A DNA stretch of 63,709 nucleotides, counting the filler, from Phoronis australis (lineage: Eukaryota > Animalia > Phoronida): assembly GCA_002633005.1 (NCBI GenBank). It is 8 parts of 8 records of this genome, joined end to end, with 100 filler letters (N's around TTAATTAATTAA, not from the genome) between each part and the next. Parts side by side here need not be neighbours in the genome. Positions count along the whole stretch, not along the records: positions 40,820 to 61,383 come from NMRA01000185.1; positions 61,484 to 63,709 come from NMRA01003784.1; 6 more parts are not named here. One strand, written 5' to 3'. A program made the position numbers and the translations under genes. Position 1 is the stretch's first letter, and every line of letters begins with the position of its first letter. The notes below the pieces were generated by a model, which saw nothing but the letters and a program-made list of their open reading frames with translations, was not told the origin of the DNA and searched no databases. Positions 53,218-63,709 of the stretch are shown here, one piece after another.

Positions 53218-54124
53218 CTGAATGGAATGTTAAGGATACATCAATATTTTTCTGGAAGATTCTTAACACGCTTGATGCCATACAGAGGTTTCAGTTCATT
53301 TGAATGATTAAGTTTAAAATTTCACACTTACCAAGTCTCTCAATAAGCCATCTTTGCAGCAACATGAGGAACAGTCAATCATTTAAAACATACTAAAGAT
53401 CTTTGACGTGTGCATCTTCTAAAGTGTATGGAGATGACAGAGAATTAGTATACTACAAAACGATACCAGCCATATTGAAAACCGGTTTCACTAACAACTC
53501 AATGTGCAAGCTTACATATCCAACTATTATTCCTCTTGGGTCGTTGTGTGCGGTATTTTCTTAAAGATACAAAGACATCAAGGTCATGTGAACCACACAG
53601 AGCTTAAACCTTCTGAGAGGGGATTATTTCAAGTGCGAGGAATCCCCCAGTCACCATCTCAGTGCTACCCCTATTGGCTCTGCCTCAAGCAGCCAAGAGC
53701 AACATTTCGGGCAAGCAAAGGTATTAGAAACGAGAAATGGGAGATCACAGCTTACTGGGACTCAGTGCCATTTTTGTAACTTGCTTACTGTGTGAAACTT
53801 CCGGTTGTTGTTTTTCTTAACTTAAATATAAAAAATAATTACAAGCAGCCTGATACAACATGTACCAGGCCGCTTGAGAGGGCCCATCGCACATGTGGCC
53901 CATCCCATTGATCACCTGCAACCATTTTTATGCTTTATTGATATGTAGTTCAAACCGAGCTGAGGAGGTCTGGAGTCAGTTTTCTTGGAACGGGCCCCAG
54001 TTTTATAGCGCTTAATGTTATAAATCAATTACAGAAGTTGGGTTTACAGCACCTTTGATTGACGACTTGAATCAGTCAAGTATACAGTGACATCTATAGT
54101 TAATACGAAAGGACAAAAGGATAC
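53218..54124 (-). other. U12-type (minor spliceosome) GT-AG intron
   Basis: 5' site GTATCCTTT; branch site TCCTTAAC (53236-53229) 8 nt before the terminal CAG; no long polypyrimidine tract. Confidence 0.9.
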
Positions 54125-54201
54125 ATTTGTTCCGCCAGCATATAAATGGGTTTCATACTATAACTCAGCTCTTCGCACTTGGCCATTAGAGCATACATCG
54201 C
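54125..54201 (-). CDS. BORCS6: BORCS6 coding exon 5
   Basis: AMYALMAKCEELSYSMKPIYMLAEQ. Confidence 0.92.
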
Positions 54202-54763
54202 CTGAAAGTAAACGGTTAAGCAGACATTACCATCACGTCAACACAGGAAGAAAATAATGCGCACTCGCTGTACCTGGCTGTGGAAAGGTCACCGAGACAC
54301 CACCTGTTGGGAGATTAACATTGCATCGAAAAAGATGGGAATGAGGAGGAGCCACATTGCCCGGCTGCTGCAGTCATACAGTGAATGTAGGACATTGGGC
54401 ACTCAAACAATGTGACTGCTGTGTCGGGACGTGTACCTGTTTCCGTGGTTACAGACGTTTTTATTTGAGTGTGCATCTTACAGAGGAAATGCAATTCAAG
54501 CGAGAAATAACATAAAATAATCAAACTAAGCCCAGGGTATAACGCATACGAGGTGGTTTTTCGTAATTTTTTTTTAAATGATTACAATTAAGGACGGCTG
54601 TGGACACAGACCACCCACGTTGAATTACAAGAGTTCTTGTCATAACAAAGCGAGGAAGTGCGGTAGCAGAACAGTGCCTTATCTCCAAATGAAAATGCCA
54701 CTTTAAAAGAATAAGGTGACAGAACCAGTTTCGGTTGAAGACCACATTCCCATTTGCACATAC

Positions 54764-54847
54764 CTTTATGCTGGAGTCCACACTATCACACACTCTGTCC
54801 ACACTAGTCTTGTACACGTCCACACAACTGACGCTGAGTGATGACAT
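54764..54847 (-). CDS. BORCS6: BORCS6 coding exon 4
   Basis: MSSLSVSCVDVYKTSVDRVCDSVDSSIK; phase 0/0. Confidence 0.92.
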
Positions 54848-55259
54848 CTGCCAAAAGCAAAATAGAACAATCACCAAGACTGGACGTGCCCATCAGTCAC
54901 GCAGTTCAAATTTGGTTGAATACATTCTGTGCCTACACAATGGGAAATCTTTCAAACTGTAAACACTCTAATTAAAGAGAGGATGATTTCTTGTTGTGGT
55001 TGTGGTTGCTTACACCATGGGATGTTTCTAAACAAGACACAGTTAGTTCTTGTACGCTGTCAAATAAGTTAGGGACGATTGTCAGAAAACGGGCAGTATT
55101 TTTCAGTCACAGTAAAGCGCAACATTACTTAACATTGAATCACTCATGCTTTCGAAACTTCACAACAAATTTACTGACTTATTTCTGTGCTTTTAGTTAG
55201 ATAAATACCTTCCTTTCTTACAAAGAGTCACCTTTCTTTAACATTGTGTTAAAAACCAA

Positions 55260-57161
55260 CAGCTGATTTCAAGGTAGTTTTACAAAACTAGGTTTAAGTC
55301 TTAAACCTGGTCAAATTTTAGACCTCACTTGCATTTCACCAACATGGTTTAAAGGTCTGAAATCCTGGTTTTGTTTGACCATAAAGCAGGTTTAGTAAAA
55401 CCAGTTTTAAGCCACCCTACTGTGCTGATCCGGACTAACCCAACAAAGAAGCTATTGATTCAGAAGTGCTTCGATGAAACCTTGATCACGTGAGTACACA
55501 ATGGCACACAGCAGTAGAATCAGTGCAGACATTTGCAAAAAAGGGCTAAAAGCTTTACTCACGAGGAAAAATGTTTCCTCCCAGTAACTGATCAGAGAAA
55601 AAGCCATGAATGAGGAAGTCGAGAACAAGAAAATTGGTGCCAAATCAAGTCAACGTACGCACCAGTCTTGGAGAGATATTGATCCAGATTAAAGGCTAGA
55701 AAGAAAATTCCATCAATGGAAATTTTGCCCAGAAAAACGGTGAGGGACCCAGTGGCAGATCTAGGATATCATGAGGAGATATTTTCATTTTGTATTGTCT
55801 GTGTCCAACACAAGTACTTGCTCTCGATTGCCCACAACATAGTAAACGCTCTCATTGATTTACGTGTCATTTTACTTTTTTGTAGCCAAGGGGGGGGACA
55901 CAGGGGCATGATCCAGGACTTTGAGCTAGGGGGCCAGGACAGAGTATTAGCCAGGATTTTGCCCGTCAGACATTCGCATCCCCGAACTGCCAAGTGAAAT
56001 CGAGGAGAATTTTAGAGGAGCCATGGCCTCCTTGGCCCCCCTCTAAGCCCACCCCTGGGGCAGGATCCTTGCACGGCAACCTTAAATTGGAGACCAACTC
56101 GGCCAGAATAATCATTAAATGCCTTTTTAGTCATACGCATAGCACTTGCGACAATGACACTCTGCTCGCACCGCCATACTTTGAGGAATTCGAAGGCCAC
56201 CCTTCGGTACATACTGGTCTACGTATAGGCGGATGCAGGGGTTCAAGGGGTCCGGACCCATTTTTCCCTTAATTTTAGTGATATCAAATCTATAATTTTC
56301 AAATTGTAGTGACCCAGACCCTCCTTTCAAAAATCCTTGATCCGACCCCCCTCTCCTTTTAAAAATTCTTGTGTCGTCCTAAAACTTGTGTCGTCTTGTG
56401 TCGTCCTAAAACTGAATATTGAAAATAGTCCGTTCTCGCTCTAAAACTACATCGTAAATGCGCACCACAGCGTCAATCATTTGCGCCTATATCGGAGACC
56501 AATTGAGATGGAACTCGGCCAGAATAATCATTAGATGCCTTTTTAGTCATACGCGTAGCGCTTGTGACAATGATGCTCAGCTCGAACCGTCATACTCTGA
56601 GGAATTCGAAGGACACCCTTCGGTACGTACTGGTCTACGCATAGGCGGATGCAGGGGTTCAAGGGCTCCAGATCCATTTTTCCCTTGATTTTAGTGATTT
56701 CAAATCTATAATTTTCAAATTGTAGTGACCCAGATCCTCCTTTTAAAAATCCTTGATCCGACCCCCCGCCTTTTAAAAATTCTTGGTCCCCCTGTTACAT
56801 TTGATCTTATGTCGTCCTAAAACTGAACATTGAAAATAGTCCATTCTCGCTCTAAAATTACACAGCGCCAATCATTTGCACCTATATCGTACAAGTCTGC
56901 CATATTTAATAGTATTAAACCTGGGTCAGACCAAGTCTAAAGTTAAAGCTGGTTTAAGATCTTAATACAGGTCTAAGTAATATATACCCCGTTGGTGAAA
57001 TTAAAACTAACATAGACCAGATCTAAACTGAAGTTAAACCAGGTTTTACTGGACTACTGGTCTAAAAGTTAAACCACCTTGAAATGCAGATTATCTTTAA
57101 GCCTGGTCTAAGTCCAGTTTAAACCAAGTTTAACTTTAAACCCACTTTATGAAATCGGCTG
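55260..57161. mobile_element. PIF/Harbinger-derived non-autonomous element in a BORCS6 intron
   Basis: TIR CAGC(T/C)GATTTCA; 3-bp TSD CAA; subterminal TTAAACCTGG repeats at both ends; Myb/SANT-like relic KRAKSFTHEEK..LIREK..VENKK..W at ~55540-55680. Confidence 0.8.
56097..56889. repeat. ~400-bp direct tandem duplication
   Basis: 56097-56494 is similar to 56511-56889. Confidence 0.9.
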
Positions 57162-57951
57162 CAAATGCTTACCTACAAAACCATTTATCTATAAAACCTT
57201 CACAGTCATGGAGACACATGAAAATAATGCACAGACGTTTAAATTATTCAAAGATATTTAAAAAGTTTGATTCTTGGTAATAAAGGACGAGAGTTACCAT
57301 AGCATTTAAAATCACTAATTTCATATTGAAAACACCAAAAACAACCCCATCAGTCAATCAGTTGTCAAATTAGAACACCCCTAAACACTATTGGATGATA
57401 TGTTAATTAGTATATCTGATTTTGAGCTACAGGCATTTATTGGCCAATACACGTAGAATCAGGACAACCAATCAGACCTTAAGTCATTCACCATTGCATT
57501 TAGCGTGAAGTCATCAGATATTGCAGATACTGTGGTTTATCGGATGATAAAGAAAGGTGAGGCATTGCATGGTTGTGACAACTCAGTATTTGACCACACT
57601 GTGGTTCGCGGGACATCAGAGAAGCTCAGATATTGCATAAGTTTGTACAAGAAAATAGCGTTTTTGTGGACACGACACACTGGCACTGAGTACTATGTTC
57701 ATACACCACACTCACGGCCGTGGAGATAAGAAACTTTATTTTGTTCTTGCTCTATTTTACTGTTTTGGGATACTGAATTCACGGTTGTGACATGCTATGC
57801 TATAAAAGAATGTTTAATGGTGCTGACAATGCAGGCACTTGTCAAAACAACATAAATGTTGATTTTAAGTACTTTAAGCAAAATGTGCAAAATTTGTACA
57901 ACCTGTGTCAAAGTAAGACGATTTATCTCATCAGATTGCAATTAGCAGTAC

Positions 57952-58196
57952 CTTATGTAAGCTTGACTGTAAATTAGTTAGCATCCTGTCCAGGTTTTCT
58001 CCCACCTGATTGGCTTGGAGCTCGAGGTCATGGATGATTTTGGGGTCAATAGAAGGGATAGCGTCTGGCTGATAAAAACTGCTGGAAGGCGACATTCCCG
58101 TGGCAGAAGATGACCATGACGTGGACATGCTGGAGATACTGTTAAGACTAGATGATGTACGCATGCTGGAAGCTCGACTACCACGGTGACTGTGAT
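57952..58196 (-). CDS. BORCS6: BORCS6 coding exon 3
   Basis: Ser-rich stretch, then IPSIDPKIIHDLELQANQVGENLDRMLTNLQSSLHK. Confidence 0.9.
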
Positions 58197-58536
58197 CTAT
58201 GAAAGGTAAAAGTGGAACAACACATAAAGACACAGTGCTTATCGATTTTGGACGTAAGAACACATTCGATGACTGATTCAGTAACTCACAGCAATCTAAT
58301 CAAAAAATCATATCTGTACGCATAAGCAAATTTCATGGATAACAATTTTGGTGATAATGTCAGTGCTATAGACATTGTATTTATTACGTGAACTGACGAA
58401 ACACTGTCACAATGTTTAACATTTCCAAGTTCAAGATACTATCAGTCCTAGTAACCACTGGTCCATAAGCTATCTTCATTGGACCAGACATAGAACCTGT
58501 AAAACTGACAGCGGCAAAGGTGCTCAAGTCTAATAC

Positions 58537-58690
58537 CTTGAGAGCCCTGTGGGCTACTCATTTGAATTTTCTTCTGAAGGTCAGCTGCAACGAACTCCAC
58601 TCTATCGCCCTCGCGTGTGATAGTGCCCTCTGGTGTTGTCTCTGTTACAACCCCTTCAGTATTGCTTGAGCTTGCCCTTGTAGTTACAGC
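58537..58690 (-). CDS. BORCS6: BORCS6 coding exon 2
   Basis: GTITREGDRVEFVAADLQKKIQMSS, a conserved lyspersin motif; phase 0/1. Confidence 0.88.
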
Positions 58691-59684
58691 CTATCAGAAG
58701 ATTCACAACAATGTGATCAATAAAAATGCTTTTCAATTCTTAACCATACCATTAAATATCTCTGTTACTTTAAAGCATTGCAAAGCTGCAAAGAGCTATT
58801 CTAGGAGAATTATTGGTTAACTTCCCACTATCGGATTTCATCCAGAAAGTTGCTAAAGAAAGTATCCTGTGGTCCATTTTTCAAACAACAAGAATAAGAC
58901 ATTTGGATGTTTACTGAATCTCGTAAGTCATCAAAATCTAACTGTAAAAATCGGGACACACAACACATAAGTCTAATTACTCACCAGACTCCCATTTGGC
59001 ACATTAGCTAACAATGAATCTTACTTATAGCAGTGCTGACAACATTAGTGAAATGCATCATGGGAAATAGTGCCTTGTCGATACAGTATAACTAATCGTA
59101 CTGATAGAACCATTGTTGCTACTGTTGTCAGCATCAACAATTTACACAGAATGAAGCAATGACAAACTCATAATTGCCATCTTCACTACTTTTTCCTACT
59201 GTGCACATTGTCCAAAATACAATCGCGCAGTCACAATGCAAGTTAGATTCACAGCTGAGCTAATTCCCGGAACTTCACAAAGCGACAACTCGATTAAAAA
59301 ATCCAACACCACAGCACAGTCATGAAAATTGTTACATTTGCACTCATCTTCCATCAGTACTCTTTGAAAGGATACCAAACCCTGTTCTGGCCCATTAACA
59401 GATACTAAAAATGAATTTTCCATTAATTTCTCTGAAACGAAATAATGCTCTGTACAACCCTCAAAAGTTTGGAGAAAATTTTTAAAATTCCTTATAAAGT
59501 CTGCTGAACGGCAAGGATGACCAACGCTTTATGCGAGTAACACAAAAACTGAAGGGAAAGACCATCCACCAAGAATCATTGTAACTAACATTGACACAGA
59601 GAGTATGAGTTTTTCGTTAAATCTTGATTTTATCACGAGGATTGGTTGAAATCACAATAACAAGGTATCCTTCAAGTTTTATAC

Positions 59685-60158
59685 CTGGAGTGGTTCTTCT
59701 TTTACTCTTTGGAAAGGCTTCTCACTGTCTACTTTCTCATTCCTTTCATAAAACTGTAATGGTCGTGGAAGCGACAAGCTCTCCGGTCTGGCTTTCGGCA
59801 GATCACAATCATCCTTTGATCTTTGCCGCTGAGTCACTTCTGGTAACTTCACTTTATCGGAAAAAATAAGAGTCTCTGCCTCAGGGCTACTGCAGATGTA
59901 CGGCGAGTCACTTGATTCATCGTATGGTGAGCTGTCATAGTTTTCAATGCCCTTCAATGTGTCTTTCTGTGTGAGACTGTCATTACTGGACGACTCCTGT
60001 TTATACAGGGGTCCCACATTTGAGTATTGTTGGTCTTCTGATTCACAAGGGGTCTTATCAACATCATCATGTCCTACAGGCTGACCACTGCCAGTCACCA
60101 CTGTACTGCCACTTGTCACAGTAGACAAAGGTTCACTGGTCTGCTTGGTTTCACTCAT
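59685..60158 (-). CDS. BORCS6: BORCS6 first coding exon (disordered N-terminus)
   Basis: 158-codon acidic, Ser-rich ORF ending CAG|gtataa, in phase with exon 2. Confidence 0.78.
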
Positions 60159-60584
60159 TGCTGATTACTACAGCAGGACCAGATCAACCTGATTATGACT
60201 GCAGAACCAGAATTAGACAATCAGTCGTCTTGAGTGATTATTCTTCTTTAGAAGTTAAACAGTCACTTTCATGAATCCAGAAGTGGATGTATTTCCAATT
60301 TCATACGTACGATTCTTTCGATCCAAATATCTGGGAGACCAGAGATGCCATCGTGGAACTGAGCCTGAGGAAGACAAATTTCACTGTAATTGCTCTGCGC
60401 TTAACGACCGGGCACCAACCGACGGGGGCACTCGTGTTCAACAGCATAACTTTGCAAAAAGACGGTATACCTTGTGCAAACAACTGCATTCGTTGAAGTA
60501 AATATGACAGAAACGCTATGGAAGCGCTAGAAATAACCGTGCAACAGAGTCCAGCAAAAACGAAGCAAATATCGATCTCACAAC

Positions 60585-60632
60585 TTGCTTCCGCAAAAAC
60601 AAACCTCCACTAGACACCCAACTTCCGGTCAG
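60585..60632 (-). promoter_or_regulatory. Likely BORCS6 promoter / 5' UTR region with ETS motifs
   Basis: CCGGAAGT near 60622-60629 and GCGGAAGC on the minus strand, upstream of an acceptor near 60190. Confidence 0.4.
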
Positions 60633-61483
60633 ACTTGAGTTACGATAAATCAACAATTTTCTTAAACCAGTTCATTTTCTAAAAAATAGAGATTGAATTA
60701 TTAATATATAATATTGCGAGATATTATAAAATACAAATATTTTTGTTTTCTTTGAACATCAATAATTTTATTTAAATATTTTTTGTGGGGAAAATCCCTA
60801 CCGGCAATACTAACAACTAACACACGTGGGCTCGAGCAGAAATCCAAGTCAAAGCGCCGGGGACTGCTCCACAGAATTTTTGTTTAAAGTAATCTGAGGT
60901 TTTGTTGAAACGAAATGTGACATTCTTATTTTTAACAGCATTACGACAATACATAATTGATCGCACGCCCCACGCTGTGGGTCGTGCGATCAACTATGTA
61001 GGCTAAATAATTTGTATGTAAACTGTCTGTGATCTGGTGATACACGTTCATGGACAAGTCAAGGCTAGACCTGCCGTCTCAACTGCCAAGCAGAGCAGGT
61101 GGCATTGTGGACAGGTCTAGACAGTGCTGCCCTCTCTACTTAGCAGTGGAGATTGTGACCACCCCATATTCGACTGTTAACATACAAATTATTTAGCATT
61201 ATTGTATTTTGTTAATTGATCATGGCATAAATTGCTGAGTATTTCTCATCATCTGTGAGATTTACTGCTAGCATATATAAACGTAAGGCGGGGGCGGATC
61301 CAGGATTCTGAGTTAGGGGGGGCCAGGGCAGAGTATTAGCCAGGGTTTTGCCTGGCAGGCATTCGCACCCCCGAACTGCCAAANNNNNNNNNNNNNNNNN
61401 NNNNNNNNNNNNNNNNNNNNNNNNNNNTTAATTAATTAANNNNNNNNNNNNNNNNNNNNNNNNNNNNNNNNNNNNNNNNNNNN

Positions 61484-61951
61484 TTTCACAATCATCCTTT
61501 GAGCGGTTTGGTTGATAGAGGGGTGGAAGCACAAAAACAGACTCGAAAACAGTAAAAATGTCCACTAGGTGGCGCAAACTATGTCGAATCCATCCAAAAA
61601 CGGCAGGATAGCGTCATCTCACTACTAGGTGCCTACATACCAAATTTCATGAAAATCCGTTCGGGACTTTTGAAGATACAAAGGTAAGCGTAAAAAACTA
61701 AAATTGCCACTAGGGGGCACACCGGTAGTCGGATCCGTCCGAAAGTTCGCACATGCCGTCCCATTCATGAATGGAACATATGTGCCAAATTTCATGAACG
61801 TATGTTAAAGCGTTTTGGAGATAGAGCCGCGGACGCCGGACGCCAGACGCCGGACGCCGGACGGACGCCGCCCGGACGGACGGACGGACGGACGGACGGA
61901 CAGAGATGACGGCATAATGCGTCCACATATAAATATGTGGGCGCATAAAAA
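61484..61951 (-). mobile_element. 5' part of a HINE/DINE-1-like element
   Basis: On the minus strand: TTTTT, hairpin ATGCGCCCACATAT..ATATGTGGACGCAT, (GTCC)n microsatellite, then a core homologous to 183-441. Confidence 0.8.
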
Positions 61952-62560
61952 GCCCATATTGCCAGTGAACAGAGTGCAGTATGTTCACTAAGCCATTAAT
62001 CAAGTCATGGGCAACTTGATTTGAGCCAAGTGCTTGTCTGCAGTCCTATTGAATTGAAAAGTTATGCAACACTAAACTGGTGTTAACAAATATAAGAAAA
62101 TTGATGATTTTTAAATAAAAAGTATGAGGAGTAAGATAAACAAGTTCCAATATTCACTTGACATAGAAGTATAAAAGAGTTCGTGGAGACAGTTCATAGA
62201 TCCTTATAAATGAAAAAATGTTCATTGAAATTATAGACACATGGTGAACAGAGACACCTGGTGGCTGCCAAAAGTATTGNCACTAGGTTTGCACTTCATA
62301 CAAATTAATCAGAATCTAAATATTGATGAGCATATCTGTTGACACAGTTGCTCCAAGACATTAATAACACCTAACAGATGGTAATGATAAAAACAGAGCC
62401 CTCCAACATTCACATTTCTCAGCTTCTCACATTAACACATTATCAAGATAGAACATTATGACTGAATGCAAGTTCCAGGCATCTAGGCTGTACAACAGAG
62501 ACTACAGTAAAATCTCACCCAGCGCTCAACTTCGCGACTTCAGATTCTGTTTGGCGACCA

Positions 62561-63012
62561 GGGCCTGGGTTCTAATCTTTTTACTCGAACTGGAACTTGA
62601 AATTATGTTTGGCATTTTCTACTCTGCTAGTGTTGGAACTCAAGATAAGTGTCTATTACTCTATGCTCCAGTACATAATGGCTTACGTGGATAATTTATT
62701 AGTCCTAGTTTGCAGTTGATAAACCCAACATTAAGGCTAAAAGTTTGAGTTTGAACTCGAGATTTCGAGTTTTTACTCGAGTTTGTGGCACAAACATCAG
62801 GGTCATCAAGTACAGACTTGGACTAGAAACTCATATGCGTAAACTATAATGTATTTGAGCACAGTGTAATAACAACTTATCTTGAGTTCGTACAAAAGTA
62901 GCAGAAAATTGCCAAAAATAATTTTTTGTTCATTTCGAGTACAAAAGTAGCAGAAAAATTGCCAAAAATAATTTTGAGTTCGTTTTGAGTACAAAGATTA
63001 GATTCCGGGACC
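62561..63012. mobile_element. MITE with 26-bp imperfect TIRs
   Basis: GGGCCTGGGTTCTAATCTTTTTACTC versus the reverse-complemented right end GGTCCCGGAATCTAATCTTTGTACTC; internal GTACAAAAGTAGCAGAAAA repeat. Confidence 0.65.
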
Positions 63013-63709
63013 AAGTGCAGGGAAAAATAGCAAGTCGACACGAAGTCATTACAGCGATTAGCAAAGTCAGACAATAATTCATTCCCCCGAAGACCGTATC
63101 AAAATTTGTAGTGACTTTTAAACTTTAAAGTAACAACATTTTTCTTGATTCAATACCTTCGGTCCACGATTGTCCCATTTATTTCATGAAATCAGTGCAT
63201 TTGCCTCGCCAATCAGCACGTGTACATCAAACACGCACTTAGATTACAACAGACGGAAGTTGGAATTGAGACTGAAGAGTGGCACGGCGTTCTTTTTTTC
63301 TGCTCGGCGACATTCCGGCGTTAATTTTGGCAACCTCAGATTTCATTTGGCAACATGTTAACTTCGGTGACAAAGGTGCCATAACAAAATTTTGCTCGTC
63401 TTCTATTTTGTGTCCAAATTTGGTGATATTTTAATATTCGCAGAGTTATGGGGTAATTGTTTTTAAGTCAGAAAACATTGGTTTGAGAGTCAAAATGTTT
63501 ACATGCTCATTACAAGGGTGGTAATCACTCACAAGACTGCCAAACAAACGAGAACTAGTAATTATATTTGCTAACCACCAGTGAAAAAATCTATGGTAGC
63601 CAGACTGTGCAGACCAATACATTACAATAAGCTGAAGGTTTAAGGAACCTTGGACTGACATGTAATGGTTACTCATCCAAAACAAGAAAGATAAACACAC
63701 TCCAATGTA

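Overview
Eukaryotic (animal) genomic DNA, AT-rich, with GT-AG introns and many repeats. It is most consistent with an invertebrate bilaterian; the species cannot be identified from sequence alone. The window is not contiguous. Seven 100-nt linkers (N44-TTAATTAATTAA-N44) join eight pieces, so gene neighbourhoods across them mean nothing. Spliced genes reconstructed by hand: partial CFAP91 (6 exons), partial MCM8 (4 near-terminal exons), the first two coding exons of ABCB10, one FN3 exon, a protein kinase remnant, exon 1 of an SLC22 transporter, and a complete 6-coding-exon BORCS6 (about 362 aa). Mobile DNA includes a BEL/Pao LTR element, Gypsy, L1/Tx1-like, CR1/L2-like and Tc1-like relics, a PIF/Harbinger derivative, Helentron-associated (HINE/DINE-1-like) elements, MITEs and a hierarchical satellite. 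Most notable: (1) the BEL/Pao element has its RT-RNaseH-integrase core replaced by a captured 5' fragment of a host ERI3-like exonuclease gene; (2) three genes show tandem duplications of an exon end together with its splice donor; (3) BORCS6 has a U12-type intron; (4) repeat families carry arrays of CTCF-like and nuclear-receptor DR1 motifs. No CRISPR array, rRNA or intact tRNA was found. All family assignments come from motif recall, not database searches.
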